Made by a program: the position numbers and the translations under genes. The notes under the pieces were generated by a model. It searched no databases, was not told where the DNA came from, and saw only the letters and a list, made by a program, of their open reading frames with translations. This document shows positions 12,956-25,686 of a DNA stretch of 64,000 bases, piece after piece (position 1 is the stretch's first letter; every line of letters begins with the position of its first letter). This stretch comes from Ptychomitrium polyphyllum (lineage: Eukaryota). The DNA lies in assembly GCA_973851085.1 (NCBI GenBank), contig OZ316776.1, positions 13,206,001 to 13,270,000 of the forward strand. The letters are read 5' to 3'.

Positions 12956-15329
12956 CGGTAAGAGCCGAGATCAGCTGAGGTCAACGATTCTCACAAGAAT
13001 GACGAAAAGATAAAAGAGATGCGGGTAATGATGCAGACAGGATGGTTGATCAATTGAGCGAATTTAAAATGGAAGGAACTTGGCAAGGTAGGGCTTACAA
13101 CATCTCAGACTCTACAACGCGTGAAACCGTGATTCTCAGCAATTCCATCTTTCTCAGAAGCTGATTCTAGACGAAGCGCGTGCCTACGCTGGCACTCCTG
13201 GTCTCTGCCAATTTCAAGGCATGGAGCAAATCGTGCAAGAACGCCCTTGACTCACATAGAACGGTGAAAGTTTAGTGCAAATTTGAACCCAGTTCAACTT
13301 TGAAAGCACAGAGGAGACTTACCGCCTCCACTTTCCTTATCACTCATTCAGATCCTAAACAGTCAAAAACAAGAAAACTGAGCCTTTCAAGCCCACTGTG
13401 GCAGAAGTTCACACTCACCCATGCAAACCAGAACCTAAATTGGAACACCTGACTCACTTCGTACAAATCAACAATGGCAAGGGTTTCAAAATTCTCACCC
13501 ACAAATGAAGCAAAAGAATCACCTGCAGCAAAAATCCACACCCAACTCCTAAAACCTCACAAAACTTCACACAAACAGCGAAGATCCACCTAAACCTGTG
13601 ATTGTGCAGATAGGCTATAAAAAGTAAAAAGAGCTGAGAGCCTAAAGAAGACGATACAGTTATATGAATCCTTCGAAAGGGATGGCGACTCGGAATGATC
13701 CCACCATCATCAGCAATTCTATGCCACAAAAGAGATGGCCCAGTCTACCCAAACCCACACAAGTGAAGGGAAGCGGGATCTCTACGAAAATCTTAGATTT
13801 TAAAACCCAAAGATTGAATAATGGTAGATAATGTCTGTTTTGGGTATAACCCCCTTGCGAGATGTGTCCTGCCGCCCTGCAGTGCGACTGTAGGGTATTC
13901 TGAAGCTGCTGGCATTCTGCTTTCTCTCAGCCTGCGGGTCAGGTGACAGACTCGAACCCGTTCAAGCTCTGTTCTACTTTGTTGGAATAATCTTACTTAC
14001 TGGAATGCTATGCGTAGTTACCTTAGGACTTCGGTTTGATAATGAAAGTCCAAAAAGTTAGTGTCGTGTCATGGTGTCTGACTTGTGATGGTACTTATCA
14101 GTGAGATCGAAGTTCTAAGAGTTTTGAAATGTTGGACTGTCTTGTTGGAAACTTTGAATGCTCTGCCTATTGGATTCTGTTATTGGAGAAAATGGAATTG
14201 GATTTGTGAAGGTCCGTGGTACTTGGCGACAAACCTAATGTTTTGAAACGTTGAACTACCTGATTGGAAACCCAAAGATAAACACACCTCCTCTCTTCGA
14301 AATTTTGTATTTTGTATTGGTCTAGAACTGATTTGAGATGTTGGTTTATGGTTTAGACACAAGACAGTGTACCTTGTGATTTTAAAGATTTTCTATATAT
14401 TTTCATTTATTTCAGTTGAGATTAGTTACTGAAGAGTTGCATTTGGGTTGCAATATTTGGCCTCTCTACTTTCTAACCGTTAGATTTTGGATATGTTGGA
14501 CAACAGGGCCTACATGAAAACAGCATGCTCATCATGTGCTGCAAGGACACTTCAAGGGCAAGAGAAAATCTCTACAGCATCTTCCTTTGTGACATGTAGA
14601 AGTACTCCACAAAGCACGAGAGTTTTGCTCCGATTGCAAAAGTAAGGTGAGGGTGTAAAAGTCATTAACTCTGGTGAAAAGAGGTCTACAATTTAACTCT
14701 AGTACACTTGCTACACTCATCCAACGCAACCCATTCTCTCTCAAATTGCAGTAACACATTCCCTCTCCCAGAAGCTATTTTGACAGGTATTCTATGTTAT
14801 TTAGGAGTTTGAATTCAATTACTTATTCCATTTATGTAATCCCAATTCCAACTCCTGCATTCCCAAAGAAGAAAATCTCAAATTTTGTAACGTGAAAGGT
14901 AGGCACAATATAATACAATGTATATAGTACATTCGTAGTGATCAGCAGTCGTGCATATATTAAAAAAATATCAAAAAAATAAAAAGCAAAGGTAAATACT
15001 GACCACTCAGACGTTGTGTTCTTCAAAGTGCATCACACTTTCTATCAGAATAATGTCAGACAGTTAATACAATATCCAACTAGATTCCCGCTGAATACAA
15101 TATTCAACCAGAATACCATATGAGAATGGCTTAAATAGCCTCAGAGGAAACCATCATATTCAATATGAACTGGTAACAAATGATCATGTGCCCTTTCAAG
15201 TAGCTGAAACCACTTAGAAGGAACTTATGTACCCAGTGCAATAGGCCACCTTAATTTCCAGATTACTATCGTAAACAGCTGACTGCTCCAAATAGGAACT
15301 TAAAGAATAAGAATAGAATTGATCCTAGT

Positions 15330-16696
15330 CTAAACGTTATAGTTTTCACAGTACCATTTGTAAGTCTCTACGAGCCCTTCCTTGAGAGGGATTCTTGCCT
15401 GCCAACCCAGGTTTGCAAGCTTGGTGCTGTCGATGAGCTTACGCGGCGTTCCATCAGGTTTCGAAGAATCCCAAGTCAGATGCCCCTGGAATCCAACAAC
15501 CTCCTTAACCATTTCGGCGAGCTCCTTGATGGTCACCTCCGAGCCACTTCCCATGTTCACATGCTCATGCCCGGAGTAGTTCTGGATTAGGAACACTGCT
15601 GCCCCTGCCAAGTCATCCACGTGAAGAAACTCACGGAATGGGGAGCCTGTTCCCCAGACAACGACCTCCTTAGCATTATTTACCTTGGCCTCGTGAAAGC
15701 GTCTGATCAAAGCTGGTAGGACGTGGGAGTTGTCAGGGTGGAAGTTGTCATGAGGACCATACAAATTGGTTGGCATTCCAGAAATCGCATCAAAGCTATA
15801 CTGCATTCTGTATGCCTGCAATTGCATGCCAATCACCGAGGAACCATACATGAGTTGTACAGAGCTCTCTCCAGTTTTTCTACTCTCGAATTGGACACCG
15901 AAAACCACATCACAAGCTGTCTAGAAAGATCGCATGTCGTTAATTTTCAAGAAAAAGGCACATGGTTATTCTCCATCTAAAATTAGGGAGACAGCAATAG
16001 TACTTCAAAAAGGACCAACCTACAAATGTACAGAAATCATAGGAGCAGAAACAAATACCTTTATCCTAATTTAACATGAAAATGTTCAGCAAGAAATGCA
16101 TATGCAGCTAAAAACCGTATAAGATTGGCTAGATTTAGATCATAATTTTTGCTGAACGTTTACCAAAATGAGTAAATTCCAAAAAGTTGAGAAATCAGGA
16201 AACTGGAATGTAAAGAAGCATTGATTTGGAATTAGTAACCAACCTGGCACATTTTAATTCCAGCAATCTTTGCCACTGCATACCACTCGTTCGTAGCCTC
16301 CAAAGGGCCGGTCAAGAGCGACTCCTCCACGATGGGAATCTGGGCAAACTTCGGGTAAATGCACGAAGATCCCAAGAACAGGAGCTTCTTCACACCCGAC
16401 TTATAGGCAGCATCGATGACATTGGTTTGAATCTGCAAATTCACACCAATGAACTCGGCAGGGTAGGTGCTGTTAGCATGAATTCCACCCACTTTAGCAG
16501 CTGCCAAAATGACGTAGTCAGGTTTCTCGTTGTCGAAAAACTCTTCAACGGCTGCTTGACGGGTGAGATCCAGCTCTTTGTGAGTTTTCATTACCAAGTT
16601 GTTGTACCCATCCTTCTTCAGGGCACGAACAATGGCAGCACCTACAAGCCCTCGGTGCCCTGCAACAAAAATCTTGGCGCCCTTATCCATGGTCAT
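15330..16696 (-). CDS. GER1: GDP-L-fucose synthase (GDP-4-keto-6-deoxy-D-mannose 3,5-epimerase/4-reductase); exons 16696-16244, 15815-15330
   Basis: Motifs [102 protein letters not shown], with an in-frame GT-AG intron. A 5'UTR intron (~17442 to ~16717) is likely. Confidence 0.95.
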
Positions 16697-17943
16697 TCTG
16701 GCGACCTCCAAAGGTGCTGCGAAAACGCCAGGAACTTGCTCAATCTCCAATGTACAGATGATCGTCCGCTCTAAATATAAGAATGATATCCACGGATCAT
16801 CTAATAATGACCTTAAACTCTAGAACCCGAATAATGGATCTGAGTCCTCAAAAGACACCGCGCAAATAAAAGATACATTCTGGATCCCTCGAACTGTACT
16901 CTTTGAGTGAGCACGTTCGGCAGAATAATAGCTCAGAACGAGCTCGCGAACCCCGAACCGCGAAACAGGGTATAACAATGTAACTTCACTAGTGTTATCA
17001 GACCTCTATTACAAAATGTTTTATATAAAATATTAGCTCCTGATTCTTGTTCAGATAGCCTTTACGCATACAAGCATTAGATGCTCGAATATCGCATAGT
17101 GCAAACACAACACGATCTTGAAGCCATAAAGAAAAAGCTGTTCATCAATATCGACGACATTGGAGAACAGAAAATAAAGTTTGCATTGTAGATCTACGAT
17201 TCACAGGACTGTGTCAAGAAACCCTAAACCGCAAAGCGTAATGCAAAACCCGTGAATTAAAACAAGGGCCGATTTCCTAGAGCCCTGTCCACCGGATCCA
17301 GAACCTTACTACCCAGAAAACCTCACAAAACACAATCTCCAGCGCTCCAAGAAATCCAATGCTAACCTAGTTCTTCAAAACCGAGATCCGTCAAACTGGA
17401 AAAATGAGTATCTGAAAGCAAAGTGGTAAAAAGAATTCCTCACCAAGAGTTCAGAACGCCGTTTCAGACCGCAACGCCAAATCCCGGCAAAGGCAGACTT
17501 CTGCGCCGAAGAGAGAAAACCCAGAGTGTGAGTTGAAGAAACTCAGCTCGAGACAAGTGGGATACCAACTCTAGAGTGCAAAAGCGCTTTATCATACGTG
17601 ATGTGCTACCGATTTCAAGCACATGCGTTCGACTGTAGTCAGTGAGCGTGCCCGTGGTTGTCTTTTTTTTTTTCTTGAAGCATAACATGTGAGGCGTGCT
17701 TCAAGGAAGAACCTCGAGCGTACCTATTTCGAGAAAGCCTTCTTTTCTTACCCTCCTGCGCACTAGTCGCGTCATTCGCATCCTGCCACTCGAACGACCA
17801 CAAATCTACAGTAGCTCCTCAAAACTGTGCTTTGTTTCTCTTCCTCTGTTCCCCTTCCTTCCTTCCTACCATTTTTCCGCTCCCGCTTCGTTCGTCATCG
17901 CACCATCCCATCTGTCCAGTTTTGACGGATCCTCACTGCTCAT

Positions 17944-17979
17944 CTCACGAATCACGAATCGCGAATCACGAATCACGAT
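17944..17979. repeat. Heptamer tandem repeat (TCACGAA)x~5
   Basis: CTCACGAATCACGAATCGCGAATCACGAATCACGAT is seen directly, upstream of the GDP-fucose synthase gene. Confidence 0.8.
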
Positions 17980-20727
17980 GTCACTATAACCTCCTCTTGG
18001 CTGTGAATCAACGTGACGACTCTGTTCGCATATTCGTTTTGTTGAAAACCATATAAATAAAAAAGGGACATGAAGACGTGATGCGGTCACTCCTGTTCCT
18101 AAAATGACGCGACCACTGTAGGACCCATGCTCGATCATGAAAGCCCGGACCTGTCGACTGTTCAGCACTCCTGCAACTAAAGGCAGCAGCACCTACAACC
18201 ACCATGCACCCCCAGCTCCAACATCTGCCAAATCTTCACCACAACAGCACATACTAAACTAGTGTATCTTCATAACTTTACAGATGTTGGTGTCAGGACC
18301 ACGCTTGAATGATGAACGCGGTGGTTACACAACGATCGCTCACCAGACAACTGTGAAACAATCGATCCACGTGCACCGGCACAGCGCTTGAAAGATGGCC
18401 AACAAGCCAACTGAAATGGATGATTCAAGAAGTGCAGACGAAGAGTTTTTCTGACGCCATGAACTGATCAGCATTGCAAACCTTGCCCCAACTGTCGATG
18501 AGTTTTTCTTGCAACCATGTCGACACAGCACTCATGGATTGCAGCATGTTGGCACCCAGTGTTGCCAAGCATTCTTCTCAAAGCATCATGTTAATCAATC
18601 TCTGTTGCAGGGTTATGATTCATGAGACAAACATGAATTTGTGGAAACTTTGGAGATGGCTTTTGCTATCAGAAGTAGAAGTAGGGGTTGATTATAAGAA
18701 GGCAATTTTGTAAGACGCTGAAGCATCTTAAATACAGTTGAGACACTTTTTTGAGATATTTTAGTGCTTTGGAAAGTGTTCTGATCGACTCTTGATTTTG
18801 GTAGTCTTTGGAAGTGTGACATGGATTAGAAGAAGTAATAGAGCTTTTTGTAAACTTGATTCTTTTTTTGACTAAAATATTCATCTTTCTTTATGTCATT
18901 TATGTTTAAGCTTGGAGTACATATTTAAACTACAAAATTTCATTCATTTGAGTTGTGCATGTATTTCTATTTAGGCATTTTGGATCATTCATTTTTTCTT
19001 TAAAGGATGAGTTTGCAAATAATTCTAATATCATGCAAACAATATAATATTCTTTGATAATCCATCTAAACACCTTCTTTCAAAAGTACAATTTGAGAAG
19101 AATAATTGAACCATCTAAAGGTATAATTCCAATGTCAATACCTTGTTCACCTAAAGACACAGAAAGTTTGTATGCCATGTTATGAAATTAAATCCATGCT
19201 TTCATGCATTCACTTTTGCATGCCCTCATTGTAAGCTATAAATAATTCTTCACTTTTTAAAGAAAGTGGAGAATGATGTGAAAGTAATGAATCACTTTAA
19301 ATTAATTTTTTTGCTGTTTGTTGCTTATTAATTATTTTGCACTAATATTGCATAATAATGTATTTGAAGATTACATATTTTATAATTATTGTTGCATAAA
19401 AAAACCACACTATTTATCAATATTATTCATTTTGATTTATAAAAATCTACAAAACATTGATAATGTCAATTTTGGATAAAATGAGAGAATTGACATTATA
19501 TGTAGATTCAACATTTGTTGGAATTTTGTAAATTTCATGAAATGATATGTACAACATCAATAAGAATGTTGGTTTTCTGGTGTAGTGATGATATTATGTA
19601 TGCATTTCTTTTAGATGAGATGAATGGATCAATCTCCATGCATAAGTTTGAAGTTCCAATAGTCTAATGTGAGGGAAATTAAAAACTTTAGGTGATTGTG
19701 ATAAATTTGACATTTAATGAATTTATGAAGTAATATAATATTGGCAATGATAAAGAAGATGAAATTACATTTGTTTTTAAAAACAAATTTCAATAGTGAT
19801 AGGCTTAAGATACTTAGTGATACTTTGAATCATATAAAATGGATTATACAAATACAAGATAACAATAAGAAAGTAATTTTATGTTGATGCTATTCTTTGA
19901 GTCTTAGAGAAAACCAATGCTCAAAATATTCTTTAGTAGATGAAACAACTCATTATCACCTTGAAAAATAAAAAATTAGCGATAATTTTTATCAAGGGCA
20001 CATGACAATGAATATATGATGGCATTTACTGAGTTCAATGGTTTGACACACAAATTCCCTTAATCTTTAGTGAAATAAGTTTTGTGAATAAAATGGTATT
20101 TTTAGAAACGGAAGAGTTCGTTTTTGAAGTGACTGTGTCCACAGGGGCCACTGAAGAATATTGTGTCTGCAACAAATTTTGACCGGTGCGTAACCTAACC
20201 AACTAGCAATGAAGAAAGTGGTTTCCAGAAGCTTTTTGTTCAATGCTTTTTTAGCCACCATCCATAAGCATAGGATTCCCATAGGATCCCTTCCAACATA
20301 TGGACAGTTCCAAACTCAAACACACAACAGTAGTCATAATAATTAAACACCAGCCCTCCAAATCCTTCGTCCTCAGCACCATGATTCATGTGGACATACA
20401 AACAGACATGAAGTGCCCTCCAAGTTGCCATCCACTAGGTGCACTCCCCTCAGACTTAGTCCCCAATGCTGGGTCCACTTCGCACCCTAAAAGCTGCAGC
20501 AAATTTATCAAAAACTTATCGCTGACTGGAATATCGTCACTTGCTATGCATAATGCCATATTGCCAGAGTGACACAGAGCTTGCAAGCGGCTGTCATGCC
20601 CACTGAATAGCAAGCCGAGTCAGATTATATTAATAGCATGCGACCGTCCAAGTGTAAACATTCTGATCCCAGCAAGCCAAGGGACGACAAGTGTCAGAAA
20701 TCCTTTTCATTCCCCACTGGCGAACCT

Positions 20728-20792
20728 CCACGTTGCACCTGCCATGGTGTCAATTCCCTCGGCTCCTGCGCCAAGCGGCAGCTCCTTATAGC
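20728..20792 (+). promoter_or_regulatory. Putative proximal promoter of the LTI65-like gene: ABRE core (CCACGT = ACGTGG on -) and TATA-like TTATAG
   Basis: CCACGT at 20728-20733 and CCTTATAGC at ~20784-20792 lie ~170-230 bp upstream of the ATG of an ABA/dehydration-type gene. The motifs are short and could occur by chance. Confidence 0.4.
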
Positions 20793-20959
20793 GCCTCTAC
20801 GAACGCAGCCTTAGCTCATCGTTTTGCTTGGGCCCTACCCAGTCAGTCTCAGCATTTCCCCTTGAAATTTGTAAAGCTGGTGTCTTTGTGTATAGTTTGT
20901 GCAAAGTCGAGTGTTTTTTTCAGCTCTAGCTGCGACGACGAGATCAAGTTTGAGTCAAG

Positions 20960-23900
20960 ATGTCAAGTTACGTGCACCCACCCAGTGATGTTCCAGGTAT
21001 AGCCCATCTGAATCTAACTCTGTTTCTCGTGCTTCAATGGAGTAGTTTCCTCTTTAAAATCTTGTATCTTTGTGTATATTAGTTAGTGCATAGCTGGTTT
21101 TGAGCTCTACTGTGTGAAGAAAAGGGTGAGTGAAGATGTCTAGTTATGTGCACCTAGTGGGGTTTGAGGTATGGCTTGGTTAACACTTAGGTTGCAAATT
21201 TATGCTGTGAGTGGATGTTTATCTTATATTTTGGTTAGACTACGGCAGAGGCCTGTTCAGTCTTGATTTCTTTGTGATGACCTTTTTCTCTTAGAACGTG
21301 GTGGCCTTCCTGTGATGCTCTAGTAGGTGGTAAAGATAGAGTTACAAAATGTATGTCGGTCTTTGTACTTGTAGTCAGAGCTTCAAGAACTATTTGAGTG
21401 GTTAATCGTTGTTTGTTGAGATGAGTTGGTTTGCTTGGAGTACTGGCTGAAGAGTTGAATTTGGTTTCTATGTTCGTGCAGCTTCTGATGAAGGAGGTCA
21501 CAGCAGCGGCGGTCTGTTCGGAAAGCTAAAGGATAAGACTAAGAAGGCCAGCTCCAAGATCAAATCAAAGGTTGCCAAGAGGCATTCTGATGATCCCCAT
21601 GCTGAGCCAATTCAGGATGATGATGAGGAGGAGTATGAGGTAAATTGATTAGTACTGCTCAATCTACACTGAGTTAATGAAATCAGTTTACTTGTAAATG
21701 TTTCTCAGTCGAAAACATAAGAGGAGAATTTGAGCTTTCTGATTCAGGTTTTGAAATTGCATGTGTCTACCGTTGATATACATCTATTCTCACTTCAAAT
21801 TTTTATACAGGAGTCCCCTCCAACAAGTGCACCAGGGAGCCATGCTACACCTTACGGTTCTACCGCCAGGGAGTCAAAGCCAACTGCATTTGACGCTTTT
21901 GAGGCTCCTGCTGCTCCAGTGTCTTCATATAACACCCCAGCTCCAGTGTCTTCATATAACACCCCATCTCCAGTGTCGTCGTATGATAACCCAGCTCCAT
22001 TGTCGTCACACAATCCCTACTCTGACCAGTCCCACGACGTGGCAGCTGGGGTCCTCCCATCTGGCACCAGCAGCTATGATGCCAAGATTCCTGAAGGCAT
22101 CATCAAGCCAAAGGGCTTTGATACCGTGGGTCATGAGGGTGGTGATTACAGCTACCCTGCTACCAGTGAACCTACTCCTTCCCCCTACTCCTCAGGTTTG
22201 GGCAGTGACCACGCTGCTGGTCTTGATGTTAATGAGTCAGAATCCAAGATTCCACAAGGTATTCTAGCTCCGAAGTATGACACTCCAGACGAATACTCTT
22301 ATGATGAAAAGCCATCTGTTACTGGTAAGGGCAAGGACGCTCTTGCTGGTGCCTTAGGTTATGCTGAGAAGCCTGAAGATGATTCTTCAAAGGACAACAT
22401 GTACAAGTCCAGTGATGATTATGGTGGTAGTGCTTATAAAGGCGCAAGGGATACTAAAGATGCTTTTGCTCAGAAGACGAGTGAAGGCTATGAGAGAACC
22501 AAGGAAGCACATACCCCTGACTCTGGATCTGATTATCCTAATGTTCCTGGGAGTATAACGGAGTCTGCATACCAGACCAAGGATAATGTGCGTGGAAGAG
22601 CTGCTGACCTGAACAATGCTACTGACGACTCAGAGACTTACACTCAGAAGGCTGCCAATACTGCTTACGCCGTGAAGGATAAGGCTGCTGATACTTTGGG
22701 TTTGAACCAGCCTTCTGAGGGGCCAACTGTGACCGAGAGGGTGAAGGACACCTTCGGGATGAACCAGCCTTCTGAGGGGCCATCTGTGATTGACCAGGCC
22801 AAGGGCTACATTGGATCAGCTGTGGATACTACGAAGGATCAGGCTTACCGTGCGAAGGATGCTGCTGCAGGGTACACCGGAGCTGCTACTGATTCTACTA
22901 AGAACTACGCTGGTTCTGCTGCTGACACGACTAGGGATACCACTGGCAAGTAACTTCAACATAAGAATCAGACTTATATAACTTGTTTTGAATTCAATAA
23001 TACATAGTAGATGCTTTTGCGTACATTGTTTGATTGATTGTATTTTTGTTGAATTTTCTACAGGTTCAGCTGCTGATGTTTCTAGAGACTATACATACAG
23101 TACCGGGGATGCTGCCAGGAACAAAGCTGCAGAGTTGAACAATGCCACGGATGACTCTGAGACTTATACCCAGAAGGCTGCTAACTCTGTATATGCAGCT
23201 AAGGACAAGGCTACCGAGACGTTGGGCTTGAACCAGCCGTCCACTGGGCCTTCTTTGTTGGACAAAGCGAAGGATTACATGGGAACGGCGAAGGATACTA
23301 CCAAGGACAATACACAGAGTGCAGTGGATACAACGAAAGATTATGCAGGAGAGGCTCGCGATACGACCAAGGATTGTGCTGACTCAGCTGCTGGCACCAC
23401 TCGTGACACCGTGAACCAACCAGCAACAGGTCCTTCTTTACTGGACCAGGCGAAGGGTTACTTTGGAGTGGCTGCTGATAAGACCAAAGACGCCTCTCAA
23501 AGTGCTACTGACACTACCAAGGACAACACCCAGCGTGCGGTTGACACAACGAAGGATTACGCTGGAGATGCTCAGGGCACTTCTAAAGATTATTCTACAT
23601 CTGCTACTGATACATCAAAGGATTATGCTGGGTCGGCCGCCGACACGACTAAGGATTATGCAGGTAAAGTACCTCGAAGAACTTTGCTATCATGTCCCAT
23701 CGTTCGGTGTGAATGGTGAGTTTCAATTGATCGAGTCCTCCTTGAATTTGCTGGAAAATTTGGTCATTGCCGGTTTTTTCGGCTTATGGTTTGGTTTACA
23801 CTTTTTTATACAGGTTCAGCTACCGATACTACCAAAGATTACGCTGGAAGCACTTACGATACATCAGCTCAGTATGCCCAAGCTGCAAAGGATAAGGCTG

Positions 23901-24673
23901 CCGAGACAGCCCAGCAAGCTACTGATGTGACCAAGGATTTTGCTGGAAGTGCTTATGATACCTCAGCTCAGTATGCTCAAGTTGGGAAGGAGAAGGCTGC
24001 TGATGTTGCCCAGAGAGCTACCGATGTGAGCAAGGATTATGCTGGAAGTGCTTATGACACTTCAGCTCAGTATGCACAGATTGGCAAGGAAAAGGCTGCT
24101 GAGAACGCTGCTATTGCTCAGGAGAAGGCTGCGGAGGCTGCTACTGTGGCCAAGGACAAGACCGTGGAGGCAGCCACCGTGGCCAAGGATAAGACTGTCG
24201 AGCTTACTACCCCTGGACATGAAGAGAAGGCTTTGAGCGAAAAGATCACGGAGGCACTCAGTAACTTGCCATTTCAGGCCAAGGATAAAGCTGCACAGAC
24301 TGCTCAGTCTGCTGCCCAAACAACCTCAGTTGTTGCTCAGGACGCTGCGGACAGAACTACAGCTGCTGCTCATCAGGAAGCGCACAAAGATACTGTGCTT
24401 GGAAGATTGACTGGGATGCTTGGATTTGGAAAGCAGCCGGCTCATCACGATTCACCAATTACCACCAGCACTGTGCCCGCTGGTGAGGTCAACGACGAGA
24501 CTCCTGTGCATGTTGCTGCCGCTACCCCTCATGATGTTCCGTCGTCTGGTCCAACTCGTAAGTCTCCTGATCGAATTCTGTAGGGTTAATTTGAGTTTTG
24601 TTCGAAAGTATTGTTGTTTTTGTGCTTTTGAATATTGGTTAATGACAATTAGCGTTTTGTGTGTGCAGAGTAA
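20960..24673 (+). CDS. LTI65/RD29B (CAP160)-like, LEA-type hydrophilic repeat protein; exons 20960-20996, 21482-21639, 21811-22945, 23064-23663, 23814-24557, 24669-24673 (or unspliced stop at 24583)
   Basis: The N-terminal GLFGKLKDKTKKASSKIKSKVAKRH...DDDEEEYE and the C-terminal PGHEEKALSEKITEAL resemble the LTI65/LTI78 N-terminal and PGEED motifs. There are many 11-mer DTTKDYAGS / AKDKA LEA-like repeats. Splice phases are consistent across all exons, with intron 3 being GC-AG. Confidence 0.8.
21913..22017 (+). repeat. 27-nt coding tandem repeat x4 (APVSSYNTP)
   Basis: CTCCAGTGTCTTCATATAACACCCCAG units inside exon 3 of the LTI65-like gene. Confidence 0.85.
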
Positions 24674-25587
24674 AGGAGCTGTTATTATGCAACTACTTTG
24701 TTACAACCAATTGTTTTCGTTTCTGTTAGTTTCTACCTTAGAATTTGTAATTAGGAAATTCAAGTACAGCTAATTTCAAGGCAGAGATTGTAAAAGATGC
24801 TGCTGACTATTAACATAGTAATATGCGGCGATCTGTTCAAGGAATTTTGGTTATGTTTGTGTTCATTATTTCGTTTCTGTAAGGGGAGGTTGTCCCCCAG
24901 GAACTGTTGTACATGGTTTCAATTTTAAGTAGTAATATAATAAGCTTTCTGAAAAGAAGTGATGCAGTTTCGAAGAATTCTTAGGGTATTTAAATTTGAT
25001 TGTTGCAGTTAATAGATCAAAACGATCTGTTCACATTTTTCTGGATAATAAATATCATCTCTTTGCTATCCAGAAAGCATTTAAACTATCATTCACCTAT
25101 AATGTTCCTGAAATTCATCTTGAACCACAATCACGGAATATTTGTTGGAAATGAGAAGTACGGTCTCATTAGAAGTACGGTCTCATTGCTTCTTGTCATC
25201 TTCTCCTATTAATGCAATGTAATCTCCCACCGAGTTGAGCTGAATGTTGGTCAACTTGAGACTCTTAAATTTGCAAGCGTCTTTTGAATTGCATAGCTGC
25301 CCTGGAGTGAATAACTTTCTCTTGGTAGAGAAGCGTGCAATACCAAAAGCCAATCGTACTTTGCTAACGAATTGACTTTTGTTTCAACTCTCATTCAAGT
25401 CCAAGTCAAATAATTTGCAATCGGAACATTTTGCTTGTAACATCGATTCTAAGTACTTCCTTGAAACGTGTGGTCTCTGCCACAATACCTTTGGATGGAA
25501 GTTTCAGAAACATAATTGTTCCCTTGATTGAATGAATCATCTGTTCCAAGGAAACTGCACTCATGAAGTAATTACATACGCACTTTA

Positions 25588-25686
25588 ACCTATGGCATAA
25601 CTGCAATCACCAAGGGTGAATTTTTTTTACCTATGGCGTAACTGCAATCACCAAGGGTGAAAATTTTAAAGGTGAAAATTTTAAAG
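25588..25686. repeat. Local tandem duplications (33-bp near-identical direct repeat with 41-bp period, plus a 15-bp duplication)
   Basis: ACCTATGGC(A/G)TAACTGCAATCACCAAGGGTGAA at 25588 and 25629, followed by GGTGAAAATTTTAAA twice. Confidence 0.8.

Noticed and set aside
16226..16774. 182-aa + strand ORF overlapping GDP-fucose synthase
   Set aside because: Antisense shadow of a conserved coding exon.
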